Positions 38,245 to 46,782 of a stretch of 63,312 bases of DNA are shown here, in pieces. The notes under the pieces were generated by a model. The model was given only the letters and a program-made list of their open reading frames with translations, had not been told where the DNA came from and did no database searches. Origin of the DNA: Nanobdellota archaeon (GTDB taxonomy: Archaea > Nanobdellota > Nanobdellia > Woesearchaeales > GCA-2686295). The position numbers and the translations under genes were made by a program. The stretch covers positions 1 through 63,312 of the forward strand of contig JAHIUF010000015.1 in the NCBI GenBank assembly GCA_018817005.1, read 5' to 3'. Position 1 is the first letter of the stretch. Each line of letters opens with the position of its first letter.

Positions 38245-38718
38245 TCAAAAAAAATTTTTTGCAGAATATAACTTACTCTCAGGCCTATGTCTTACTGCTT
38301 TTAAAGAGGAAGAGTCAACACGAGATAAGTAATTCTCCAGATTAGAACCAACAACATCCTTAACATGATTAATAAATAATTCTCGACCATTAGAAATAGG
38401 GTCTTGACAAACATCAATATCATTAATGTAAATCTCACCGCCCTTGTTAGACAAATATTCCAATACCATTTCAGCATCAGAAAAATGAGAAAAACTCTTG
38501 AAAACAACTTCATTTTTTTTAAAGCGGTGATTATAAACAACTGCATAACAGGTTGAATAAGAACCATTGAAATACTTACGCTCGTGGAGAGCAAGTTTTA
38601 ACTGAACATGTGAAGCTAAGAAAACATTAACACTATAAAACTTTGAACCCTCATCAAGTTCTAAAAACTTAGGATGTGATGAAAAAGAAATCCTTTGTCG
38701 CTTGTTTTTAAAAGTCAT
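38245..38718 (-). CDS. Hypothetical protein
   Basis: 157-aa ORF with GGTGG and a TATA box upstream. Confidence 0.55.
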   Translation of the reverse strand: MTFKNKRQRISFSSHPKFLELDEGSKFYSVNVFLASHVQLKLALHERKYFNGSYSTCYAVVYNHRFKKNEVVFKSFSHFSDAEMVLEYLSNKGGEIYINDIDVCQDPISNGRELFINHVKDVVGSNLENYLSRVDSSSLKAVRHRPESKLYSAKNFF

Positions 38719-38854
38719 ATTAGTTTCTAACCACCACCATAATATATAGGATAAACTAATATATAAATGTTTCAGTTCTCATGAGTTAAAAATGAATTAA
38801 TGAGAATGAGAATAACAAAAGTTTTAAAAGAAAACCAATATTTTTCAAAGCTAC

Positions 38855-38965
38855 GCCTCCGTGGCTTAGTGGCTATAGCGGTCGCCTAGTAATAACAAAA
38901 AAGAAAAAAAATCTTTTTTGGAATCAGACAGCGACAGGTCGTGAGTTCAACTCTCACCGGAGGCT
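38855..38965 (+). tRNA. trnT: tRNA-Thr(AGT) with 38-nt intron (38892-38929) at position 37/38
   Basis: Acceptor GCCTCCG/CGGAGGC, anticodon stem GTCGC/GCGAC, loop CT-AGT-A|A, T stem GTGAG/CTCAC, discriminator T. Confidence 0.88.
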
Positions 38966-39002
38966 TACTTATTTCTAAGCACTGTTAAAAAAATAAAAAA
39001 AA

Positions 39003-39836
39003 TTAATTGAGTTGTAATCGATATCTTTGGTTTAATCCTCGCTCTAAATCTTGAAGCTTTTCAATTAAAACTTTGGCAGAATCAGGATTTAAATCTTCAA
39101 GACTTTGTTTGGCTCGAGAATATATTGAATTCGCTTTTTCCAAAGCAAGAGGTTCTTTAGCAACTCTCATGGTTAAATTATAAGCAATTACGAGTTCACC
39201 AGAAACTTTTTCAATACTCTTTGCTTGGTTTCCAATTCTTATCAATTCATTTCTTGAATTAAATATTGCTTGTGTTGTTTTAGACTCGATTGCTTTTAGA
39301 CCGTTTTCATAAACAGTTTGTGCTTCTTCTAGTAATTTTTGAGGAAGATATATTTTGCTTAAGTTAATGCTTTGTTCGTGAAAATAGTTTATCCCTCTTG
39401 CTAAACGTTCACCATTTTGAATTTCCCATTCTAAATCTCTCACACATTCATATACTCTGTCAAAAGAAGTTGATTTAAGTGTTATGTCTGCAAGAAAATA
39501 ATCATCTTGAGTTTCAAGGTTCATAATGGATCCTCTTGGATAATACTCATCTAAAACTTTGGTTTCAATTTGTTCTAGTTCCAATTCAAGTTTATTTCTT
39601 AAGGTCACAACTTTCTCAATATCAGTGTATGTTTTTGCAAAATCTTGAACTTCTAATTTTTTATAATCATCTTTACAATCCTCAAAGCGTTTCCAAACGC
39701 TTTCAATTTTAGACTCTATGTCTGATCTTTTTTCTTTTTTTTCATTCAAAAATTCAATATTAAATTTTGCACAACTTGTAAGAACAACAACTGCACCCAT
39801 TAAAATAATTGTTTTTAGTGTTTTGTTTTTTTTCAT
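39003..39836 (-). CDS. Helical lipoprotein
   Basis: Lipobox-like LTSC after a hydrophobic signal; coiled-coil body. Confidence 0.7.
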   Translation of the reverse strand: MKKNKTLKTIILMGAVVVLTSCAKFNIEFLNEKKEKRSDIESKIESVWKRFEDCKDDYKKLEVQDFAKTYTDIEKVVTLRNKLELELEQIETKVLDEYYPRGSIMNLETQDDYFLADITLKSTSFDRVYECVRDLEWEIQNGERLARGINYFHEQSINLSKIYLPQKLLEEAQTVYENGLKAIESKTTQAIFNSRNELIRIGNQAKSIEKVSGELVIAYNLTMRVAKEPLALEKANSIYSRAKQSLEDLNPDSAKVLIEKLQDLERGLNQRYRLQLN

Positions 39837-39954
39837 TTTTAATTAACCTCTTTTATTTCTACTATAAAGTAGTTATTTTAAATATATAAATTCTTTGGTC
39901 AATATTTTTATCAAAAGCAAAGATTTAAATATAATGATTGCAATAAATAAAAAT

Positions 39955-40923
39955 ATGAAGCTTGATGTACTCGATAAGAAGATTTTATACGAATTAGAAA
40001 AGGACTCCTCACAAGCAACATCAATCATTGCAAAGAAGCTAAAACGATCTAAAGAAGTAATAAACTTCAGAATACACCGACTAGAACAAAATAAAGTTCT
40101 TCTAGGATATAGTGCAATAGTTGACATGGCAAAATTAGGTTACTTCACTTTCAGAATATATATTAGATGGCAAAATATGACTCAAGAACAAAAAGAGCAA
40201 TTCTACGATGAAATTAAAACAAAAGAGAACATCTGGACCACAACCGTTTTACATGGAAAATGGGATTTTGCATTCTTCGTGGGAGTAAAATTAGATCATT
40301 ACATAGAATCATTTCATAAAGTTTGGAATAAAATATTATTAACTTACAAACAAAAAATTGCTGAAAGTAAAATTGCAATATACTCACCAGTACATAATTT
40401 TAACAAACATTTCTTCATAGATTTTCCAATGAAAACAGAAACGATTGAAAGAGTCTATGGTAGTGGAAAATTGGTTGAATTTGATGCGTTAGACGAAACA
40501 ATCTTAAACATCTACGCCAGTAATGTAAGAACACCCTACACTAAAATTGCAGAACGACTTAATGTTACTTCTGAAACAATCAGACTAAGAATAAAACAAT
40601 TAGAAAAGAAAAAAGTTATTGTTGGTTACAAGATAAACATTAACCTTCCAAAAATCGAATTCCAAGGATATAGAGTGGATTTTCTATTAAAATCAGTCGA
40701 AAGAAACACTGAACTATTTGAATACTTAAAACAACACAAATATTTCTATCAAGTAAATAAATCAATTGGAGGAGCTGATTTTGAAACTGAAATAGTCGTT
40801 AAAAGTCTGAACCATTTGCTTGAAATACTAGAAGAAGTAGTAAGAAAATTTAGTGATGTAATAAGAGCATACGAATATTTTGGATACTCAGAATTCCCAA
40901 CACTATCAATGGTTCCGGATTAA
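39955..40923 (+). CDS. Tandem (double) Lrp/AsnC regulator
   Basis: Two repeats of LD..D..IL..L, IA..L and RI..LE. Confidence 0.88.
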   Translation: MKLDVLDKKILYELEKDSSQATSIIAKKLKRSKEVINFRIHRLEQNKVLLGYSAIVDMAKLGYFTFRIYIRWQNMTQEQKEQFYDEIKTKENIWTTTVLHGKWDFAFFVGVKLDHYIESFHKVWNKILLTYKQKIAESKIAIYSPVHNFNKHFFIDFPMKTETIERVYGSGKLVEFDALDETILNIYASNVRTPYTKIAERLNVTSETIRLRIKQLEKKKVIVGYKININLPKIEFQGYRVDFLLKSVERNTELFEYLKQHKYFYQVNKSIGGADFETEIVVKSLNHLLEILEEVVRKFSDVIRAYEYFGYSEFPTLSMVPD

Positions 40924-40982
40924 AAACAAAAAACCAAGGAAGCAAAAAACTTTAAATACAGTTAATAAATTCTTAATCTCAC

Positions 40983-41066
40983 GCCTCTGTGGCTTAGTGG
41001 TATAGCGCGTGCTTGGTAAACATTCCAGACAGCACGAGGTCGCGAGTTCAATTCTCGCCAGAGGCT
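40983..41066 (+). tRNA. trnT: tRNA-Thr(GGT) with 12-nt intron (41019-41030); integration target
   Basis: GCCTCTG/CAGAGGC, CGTGC/GCACG, TT-GGT-A|A and GCGAG-TTCAATT-CTCGC; BHB helix TTGG/CCAG. Confidence 0.93.
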
Positions 41067-41164
41067 TATATGTTTTGGTAGATGTTTGTTCTTATTTAGA
41101 GGTTTAAAAGTGAGTCTAAGAACGTATGTTAAAGGCTTACCTTTATATTTCCCCTAAAAAGTGA

Positions 41165-41350
41165 TTAGTTTTTTGTCGTTGGGTGGTCTCCTATTTTTCT
41201 GTTGTGCTTATATGCTTTTAGTACTCCTATAAATCCTAATTCTTTAAATTTGTCGTTTATTCCTGCAGATAATTCGTCCCATTCGATTGTGTTGGGTTTA
41301 TAGCTTGTTTGTTTGTCTTTTTTAAGTTTTTCTATATTTATTATATTCAT
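41165..41350 (-). CDS. Small hypothetical protein (element)
   Basis: Start MNIIN after AAGGAG in the repeated leader. Confidence 0.6.
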   Translation of the reverse strand: MNIINIEKLKKDKQTSYKPNTIEWDELSAGINDKFKELGFIGVLKAYKHNRKIGDHPTTKN

Positions 41351-41446
41351 TTTATTTTTCTCCTTTGTTAAATCTTTGTTTAACATCTTTTTTTTATTCT
41401 AATTTTTTTAACTTTATTTTTCTCCTTTGTTAAAATCTTTGTTGTT

Positions 41447-41719
41447 TTAACAAATTTTTATTTGTTTTTCTTCTTCTTGTTTTTCTTCTTCTTGTATTTC
41501 TTCTGGTTTCGTTACTTGTCTTGCAATAAATTCTAGTGTTGTTTTCATTTCATAAAATTCGGCTTTTATTTTACTTAGTTCAATTATTGAGTCTCTGTAA
41601 ACTTCAACAAGTCGGTTTAATTCTGTTCCTGCTTTTATGAGTTTATTTATTGTTTTTACAAATTGTTTAAAGGCTGTTTTATCTTCTACTTCTTGGTAGT
41701 CGTTAATTTTTGTTATCAT
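41447..41719 (-). CDS. Small coiled-coil protein (element)
   Basis: ATGA-coupled to the upstream ORF. Confidence 0.65.
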   Translation of the reverse strand: MITKINDYQEVEDKTAFKQFVKTINKLIKAGTELNRLVEVYRDSIIELSKIKAEFYEMKTTLEFIARQVTKPEEIQEEEKQEEEKQIKIC

Positions 41720-41907
41720 TTGCTTTTATGGATTATTTTTCTTAAGTATTCAAAATCTTCTTCTGCTTCTGTGATGAATCTGCATAGTAAAATAATTAAT
41801 TTTTTATCTTCGCTAATTTTTTTGTAAAGGTTTTTTGTTTCTTGTATGTGTTTTTCTGTGTTTGTTAGTGCTTTTAGTTGTTGTTGTTTATTTTTGTTAT
41901 TTTTCAT
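41716..41907 (-). CDS. Small helical protein (element)
   Basis: Start MKNNK after the repeated leader. Confidence 0.6.
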   Translation of the reverse strand: MKNNKNKQQQLKALTNTEKHIQETKNLYKKISEDKKLIILLCRFITEAEEDFEYLRKIIHKSK

Positions 41908-42008
41908 TTTGTTTTTCTCCTTTGTTAAATCTTTGTTTAACATCTTTTTTTTATTTCAAATTTTAATATTATTTTTTTTTATCACCTTTTTTCTTTGTAT
42001 CTTTTCTG

Positions 42009-42234
42009 AAGTTCCTGACTTGGTTAGCTCATTTTTTGGCTAACCAATCATGAACTTTTTAAAAATCCTTTTTTTCGGCAGTTGCAAACTGCTTTACTAT
42101 CTTTTTCAAAGAAATGACTGGTTTTGCTCTTTCAAATTGTTTTTTATCAATCGGTATTTTTGAATAAGAAGCAAGGCTTCATCATCTCAAAAATAAAAAG
42201 CTTTATCTTGTCGGAATCAGCTTGTCTGGTTCTG
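42009..42234 (+). other. Non-coding multi-hairpin region (candidate single-strand origin or ncRNA)
   Basis: Hairpins at 42009-42057, 42078-42092, 42168-42180 and 42212-42234; G-T pairs favour folding of the plus strand. Confidence 0.5.
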
Positions 42235-42484
42235 AAAGAATAAAACTTTTAGATACACTTTAGAAAAAACAATCTTTTCAAGAATTATCCATTTTCATGT
42301 TATTTTTTTTCCCTTTAAAATTTGAAATTAATTTTTTTGTTTTTTGCTGTTTTTCTTTATTTTTTTGGTTCTTTGCTGTTTTTTGTTTTTTGCTGTTTTT
42401 CCTTATTTTTTTGTTTTTTTTCTTTTTTTTGTCGTCTTTATTTTATGATTTATTAGTTTTTTATTATATATGTTGTGTTACCAT

Positions 42485-42560
42485 AATCTTTATATACTTT
42501 GAAAGTTATACTTTTATTTAAGTTAGAATTTTCTTTAAAAAACGAAAGATTTATATAGTC
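42485..42560. promoter_or_regulatory. Divergent TATA/BRE promoters of the element
   Basis: Plus-strand CGAAAGATTTATATA at 42543-42557; minus-strand AAAGTATATAAAG near 42488-42500. Confidence 0.55.
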
Positions 42561-42658
42561 CTTTCCATATTAGAATGTGTAGATAATCGTTTATCGTGGA
42601 TGGTTTTTGTAGTTTTTACATATGATTAACGATTTGAGGTATAAGAAAATGTTGTTTT

Positions 42659-42841
42659 GTGTTTTGGGTGTTGCAAGTGAGTGATTGGATTACTATAACT
42701 TTTCCTAATTATTTTAGGGCTTTGTTTGATGATATTAAAGCTGAGAGAAAGGATTTAGTTTCTGAAAGGTTAATAACTCAAGAAGCTGTTAGGTTTTTTT
42801 GGCGTGTTAATTGTGAATCTAAGAAGTCTAAAAGAAGATGA
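42659..42841 (+). CDS. Small putative ribbon-helix-helix protein
   Basis: WITITFP (strand) followed by two short helices (FRALFDDIKAE, SERLITQEAVRFFW). Confidence 0.45.
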   Translation: MFWVLQVSDWITITFPNYFRALFDDIKAERKDLVSERLITQEAVRFFWRVNCESKKSKRR

Positions 42842-42962
42842 GTTTTTTTGTTTTTTTTAAATCTTTTTTTTCTAATTCTATTTTTAAATCTAATTTTTTT
42901 AAATCTTTTTTTTCTTTTTTAGTTTTTTTGTCCTCGTTGGTGTTTGTGCATTGTTTAAAATT

Positions 42963-43026
42963 TAAGCCACTCGATAGTGGCTTACTATTAAACAAGAGTC
43001 ACCGGTGTTCGAATCGCGAAGCGATT
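42963..43026 (+). other. Candidate double-strand origin (dso) of rolling-circle replication
   Basis: Hairpin TAAGCCACT-CGAT-AGTGGCTTA; CCACTCGATA resembles phiX174 CAACTTG/ATA; palindrome CACCGGTG; hairpin AATCGC-GAA-GCGATT. Confidence 0.7.
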
Positions 43027-43063
43027 GACTTAATGCACCATGAAATTAGAGGGGGTGTTTTAA

Positions 43064-43279
43064 ATGGCTGTTAAGAGAAAGATTGGTAATGTTTTTATTA
43101 TCGCTTATGATTTGTTTGGTAAAAAGGTTTTTTCTTCAAAAATAACTTCTTTTAATTTTAATTGCTTGAGGTATCTAGCAATTCGTGATAAAATATCTAT
43201 TGATAAAGTTTTATCTCGTCTTATTTTATTTAATAAGAAGTTTGAAACTAAATCTAAAGTTTCTGAGGTTTCTAAATGA
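43064..43279 (+). CDS. Small basic protein, RHH/CopG-like, coupled to rep
   Basis: GGGGTG RBS; LRYLAIRDKISIDKVLSRLI; ATGA overlap with rep. Confidence 0.55.
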   Translation: MAVKRKIGNVFIIAYDLFGKKVFSSKITSFNFNCLRYLAIRDKISIDKVLSRLILFNKKFETKSKVSEVSK

Positions 43280-44577
43280 CTTTTCAAAAATCTGTTTATA
43301 AGCATTTCTTAGAAAATATTAGTTTGGTAAGTTTTGGTTTTGAAGTTTCAAATTATAATTATGTTTACAAAACTCCTTTTACTGAATCTCCTTATAGTAA
43401 TACTTTAAATGGTAATATTAATAATATTAATAATAATATTAGTGAAACTCCTTTACTTGTTCAAATAGGAATAACTCTTCCAGAGGTTAATCATTTAAAT
43501 TTTTTGTCTGCTTTAAGGAGTTTTGGTTATTTTAAAACTGATTATACTTTTAATAAATCCGTTGGTTGTTTTAAAGGTGAGTTGGGTGCTTCTGGCTTGG
43601 TTGTAGATTATGGTTGTCACGCTGTCGATTTGCCTGATAGGTGTGGGCAGTTGTTTTGTCCTAAGTGTTCTAAGTTGTATCGTTATAAGACTAAAAAGAG
43701 GGTTGTTGAAAAGGTTTTGTCTATGAGAAATCCTCGTTTTCTTACTTTTAGTGGTTCTAATGTTTCTGAGTTATCTAAAGAGTATTTTCAGAATAATTCT
43801 AAGATTTGGAATCGTTTTAAAACTGATGTAAATAAAGATTTCGGGTGTGTTTTTCAAGATTATGTGAATGTTATTGAAGTAAAGTTTCATGCTAAGGGTT
43901 CTAATAAGTATGATAAAAATGGTTCTGTGATTGGTGTTTATGATTCTAATAGTTGGAATATTCATAACCATATAATTTATGATGGTAAATACTTAGATTT
44001 CCATACTGCAAGAAACTACTTGTTAAAGGCTTCTAAAGGTCGTTATAAAGCTATTTGGTTTGAAAAGGCTAATAATGTTCAAGATAAGGTTAAGAGTGCT
44101 GGTTACATTTCTAAGTATCTTTTAAAGGCTTCTGGTTTTGGTGGTGATGTTCAGGCTATGGCTCAGTTTTATTTTCATACTAAAAATATGAGAATGGTCA
44201 CTTTTGGTCGTTCTAAAGATGTTTATGTTCCGTCTTTAGAAGAAGCTTTGCAGTTTCCTCAGACTCGTTCTTTATTCACTTGTCCATTATGTAATAAAAA
44301 AGTTAGTTCTGTAACTTTAAGTTTTGTTCGTGTTAAGGATAGAGATAATAATTATAAGGATTATGATTCACCAATATACATTGGTGTTATTGAAGATTCT
44401 TCTCAGCGTTTATTGAATGGTTCTGATGAAGTTTTACGTTTTATTGAATCTCAAAAGGGTGTTATGAATAATGCTTTAGAGATAGAAAAATTGTTTGGTG
44501 TAGATGTTATTAACGATTTAAAATCTAAAGGGTTTATTTATGAGTCTAAGATTAATTATTTAGAGGTTTTAAAGTGA
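43276..44577 (+). CDS. rep: HUH rolling-circle replication initiator with Zn-finger and C-terminal wHTH
   Basis: CGQLFCPKC Zn motif; motif I FLTFS; motif II WNIHNHIIY; motif III YISKYLLK; CPLC. Confidence 0.88.
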   Translation: MTFQKSVYKHFLENISLVSFGFEVSNYNYVYKTPFTESPYSNTLNGNINNINNNISETPLLVQIGITLPEVNHLNFLSALRSFGYFKTDYTFNKSVGCFKGELGASGLVVDYGCHAVDLPDRCGQLFCPKCSKLYRYKTKKRVVEKVLSMRNPRFLTFSGSNVSELSKEYFQNNSKIWNRFKTDVNKDFGCVFQDYVNVIEVKFHAKGSNKYDKNGSVIGVYDSNSWNIHNHIIYDGKYLDFHTARNYLLKASKGRYKAIWFEKANNVQDKVKSAGYISKYLLKASGFGGDVQAMAQFYFHTKNMRMVTFGRSKDVYVPSLEEALQFPQTRSLFTCPLCNKKVSSVTLSFVRVKDRDNNYKDYDSPIYIGVIEDSSQRLLNGSDEVLRFIESQKGVMNNALEIEKLFGVDVINDLKSKGFIYESKINYLEVLK

Positions 44578-44867
44578 AATCTATTTCTAAACAATTTCAA
44601 AAGAATGGTTTAAATCTTAAATTACTTGAAAGAGTTGGTAGTGTTGTGTTATTTAAGCTTTTTAATGATGAGGGGTGCGTATATGGTTATGAAGTTCATA
44701 AACTACGCTTAAAATCATATCCCTATGGTAAATTTAACGAATCTGGGGTTATGATTAGAGTAACTAAACTTTGTTTAGCAAGTAATGAAGAATTTGGTCG
44801 TTTTGCTTGGTCTTATGATAATTTTATTTCTGCAAGTAGTAAATTTAATGAATTATTAGAGGTTTAA
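44574..44867 (+). CDS. Hypothetical protein (element)
   Basis: GTGA overlap with rep; YEV and SNEEFGRFAWSY. Confidence 0.65.
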   Translation: MKSISKQFQKNGLNLKLLERVGSVVLFKLFNDEGCVYGYEVHKLRLKSYPYGKFNESGVMIRVTKLCLASNEEFGRFAWSYDNFISASSKFNELLEV

Positions 44868-44869
44868 AG

Positions 44870-45067
44870 TTGGTTCTTAATTACTATGTCGCTTTTAAAG
44901 TTTCGTTATTAGATAGAGAGTTAATAAATGAGTTTGTTGGTGATAAACCTATATCTGAAGTTATTAGAAATATTGTTATGCAAAGAGTAAAACAAGGTTC
45001 TCATATTCAGGATTATTTAGAAAGTATTAATAAACAATTATTTGAAATTAAAGCTAAATTGGTTTAA
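44870..45067 (+). CDS. Small RHH-like protein
   Basis: YVAFKVS..DRELINEF..KPISEVIRNIV. Confidence 0.55.
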   Translation: MVLNYYVAFKVSLLDRELINEFVGDKPISEVIRNIVMQRVKQGSHIQDYLESINKQLFEIKAKLV

Positions 45068-45112
45068 CATTGTTTTACTTTATTTATAAAGGGTGGTTAC
45101 CTATTTTACTGT

Positions 45113-45211
45113 ATGAATTTAGATTTTAATACTATGTTGTTGTTAGCTATACTCTTTATTCTACTCTTTTTTGGTAGTCAATTCTTAAATTTTCTGAGGC
45201 GTTTCATATGA
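45113..45211 (+). CDS. 32-aa single-TM peptide (not in ORF track)
   Basis: MNLDFNTMLLLAILFILLFFGSQFLNFLRRFI*; TTTATAAA box upstream; ATGA overlap with the next ORF. Confidence 0.65.
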   Translation: MNLDFNTMLLLAILFILLFFGSQFLNFLRRFI

Positions 45212-46044
45212 ATAAAAATTATTTAATTATTTTAGGTGTTATCGCTTTAATATTTTTGGGTTTATCAAATGGTTTTTTAAGTAATTCTTTAACTTTTTTA
45301 AAAGAATTTTCTGATAGAGATTCAGCTAATCAATATTTAGATAGTATTAAATCTCAAGGTTATATTAATACGGCTGTTCGTTGTAGTTATGGTTCTGATA
45401 ACAAGGTGAGTAGTTGCAAAGTTTATGGTGAAATATCCTCTGATTCTAATGAAATTTCTAAATCTAATGTTTTAACTGCTTTTGTTGTTTCTAATAGTGT
45501 TTGTGTTGAGAAAAAGTATAGTAGTTCAGAGTGGCGTTTAGATATTATTGAGAAGTCTTTAAATACCAATGTTGATGGTTGTTTTAAGGGTATTAATGTT
45601 GATGGCTGGATTTGGAAATCTAAGAGTTCTTGTGTTGAATGTTTAGTTCGTGTAAATAATAATTTGAATCCTTATACTCGTTATGTTGTAGATTATTCTT
45701 CTGTTGAGCCTGTTTGTGTTGCTGATAGTAATGGTTATTATACTCTTAAAGATTGTTTGGATATTGTTAAACCTGATTTAAAGGTTTGTGGTGGCGTTGA
45801 GAGTGAATGTGTTTATCCTAATGGTGTTAGTAATGCTTTTAGGGTTTGTGAAGATGGTGGTTTAAAAGAGGGTTATTGTGCTGATGGACAATATTGTTAT
45901 GAATCTTCTGATGTCGTTGCTTCTTGCAAGGGTGAGGGTGGTTCTGATGAAGTTCCTGATAGTGTTAAATTTGCAGTTTCTGGTTTTTTAATAGCTGGGA
46001 TTCTTTTAGTTGTTTGGTATCTTTTTAAGAGGGGTAAATTATAA
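45208..46044 (+). CDS. Cys-rich membrane protein with N-terminal hydrophobic segment and C-terminal TM anchor (spike/adhesin-like)
   Basis: 14 Cys in the ectodomain; C-terminal FAVSGFLIAGILLVVWYLFKRGKL. Confidence 0.75.
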   Translation: MNKNYLIILGVIALIFLGLSNGFLSNSLTFLKEFSDRDSANQYLDSIKSQGYINTAVRCSYGSDNKVSSCKVYGEISSDSNEISKSNVLTAFVVSNSVCVEKKYSSSEWRLDIIEKSLNTNVDGCFKGINVDGWIWKSKSSCVECLVRVNNNLNPYTRYVVDYSSVEPVCVADSNGYYTLKDCLDIVKPDLKVCGGVESECVYPNGVSNAFRVCEDGGLKEGYCADGQYCYESSDVVASCKGEGGSDEVPDSVKFAVSGFLIAGILLVVWYLFKRGKL

Positions 46045-46045
46045 A

Positions 46046-46375
46046 ATGTATTTTGTTCAGATTATGAAAAAGTTTTTACCTTATATTGTTTTATTGTTTT
46101 TGGTGTTGTTGTTGTTTAATTATGTTGCTAACAATTTTTTTCAAAGTTATGATGAAAAAGTTGAGGATAAGGCTTATTTTAAATTATTTGGTATGCGTGT
46201 TTTTCCTAAATTTTTTGTTGAGTATGGTGATGTTAAATCTTATCGTGGTGATTATGAGGATTTATGTAAATGGTATATGCTTAAATGTAGTTGGAATTAT
46301 GAGAATAAGCCTTTAGATAATTGGGCTTTAAATAAAGATGGTTGTCGTCAAGAGGGTGACTGGATTGTTTGTTAA
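46046..46375 (+). CDS. Small N-anchored membrane protein with 4 Cys
   Basis: FLPYIVLLFLVLLLF; C-terminal CKW, CSW, CRQ and terminal C. Confidence 0.65.
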   Translation: MYFVQIMKKFLPYIVLLFLVLLLFNYVANNFFQSYDEKVEDKAYFKLFGMRVFPKFFVEYGDVKSYRGDYEDLCKWYMLKCSWNYENKPLDNWALNKDGCRQEGDWIVC

Positions 46376-46406
46376 TGTTCATACTTTTTTCATGCGAAGA
46401 AAGGCT

Positions 46407-46465
46407 GGTTTTTACAGGATTTTGAAAAACTTTTACCCCCTTTCGTTTTTTCACCTGTAAAAACC
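46407..46465. other. Long intergenic hairpin
   Basis: GGTTTTTACAGG/CCTGTAAAAACC 12-bp perfect stem plus inner TGAAAAA/TTTTTCA. Confidence 0.7.
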
Positions 46466-46484
46466 TTATTTAATTTTTGTTAAA

Positions 46485-46733
46485 ATGGTTATTAAGATTT
46501 GTAAGAGTAAGAATAATAAGAATTATTTTTTATATCAGAATAAGCCTTTTTTTATTAATGAATCACCTCGTAATTTAACTCATAATCCTAAGGGTTATGA
46601 TTATTTTATAAGTAATTGTTCTTCTTATGGTGTTTGGTTTAAAAGTGGTTATATTGATGGTTTTGAGGTTTATTTATTTGGTGAATTATTTGGTGTAATT
46701 AATTCTGATGGTGATATTGAAGTTTCTGAATAA
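46485..46733 (+). CDS. Small aromatic-rich hypothetical protein (element)
   Basis: 82-aa ORF with the element's T-ending codon bias. Confidence 0.55.
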   Translation: MVIKICKSKNNKNYFLYQNKPFFINESPRNLTHNPKGYDYFISNCSSYGVWFKSGYIDGFEVYLFGELFGVINSDGDIEVSE

Positions 46734-46782
46734 TTTTTTTAGTAGAAATTTGGTTTAATTAATTTTTTTTATTAATTAGATT

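Larger units (their letters stand above)
41346..41955 (-). repeat. Repeated leader: 53 bp at 41346-41398 and 41903-41955 (1 mismatch), partial copy 41413-41449
   Basis: Contains the palindrome TGTTAAA-N6-TTTAACA and minus-strand AAGGAG before ATG. Confidence 0.9.

Noticed and set aside
38892-38929. Intron hairpin as a terminator or split-tRNA junction
   Set aside because: It lies at the canonical 37/38 position, with the same CAGAC end as the other tRNA intron.
39985-39993. TTATACGAA dif half-sites (also near 60482)
   Set aside because: Inside coding sequence (LYE codons) with no partner arm.
42297-42521. Phe-rich membrane ORF (also 42838..43074)
   Set aside because: Product of poly-T tracts; the second overlaps the dso hairpins.
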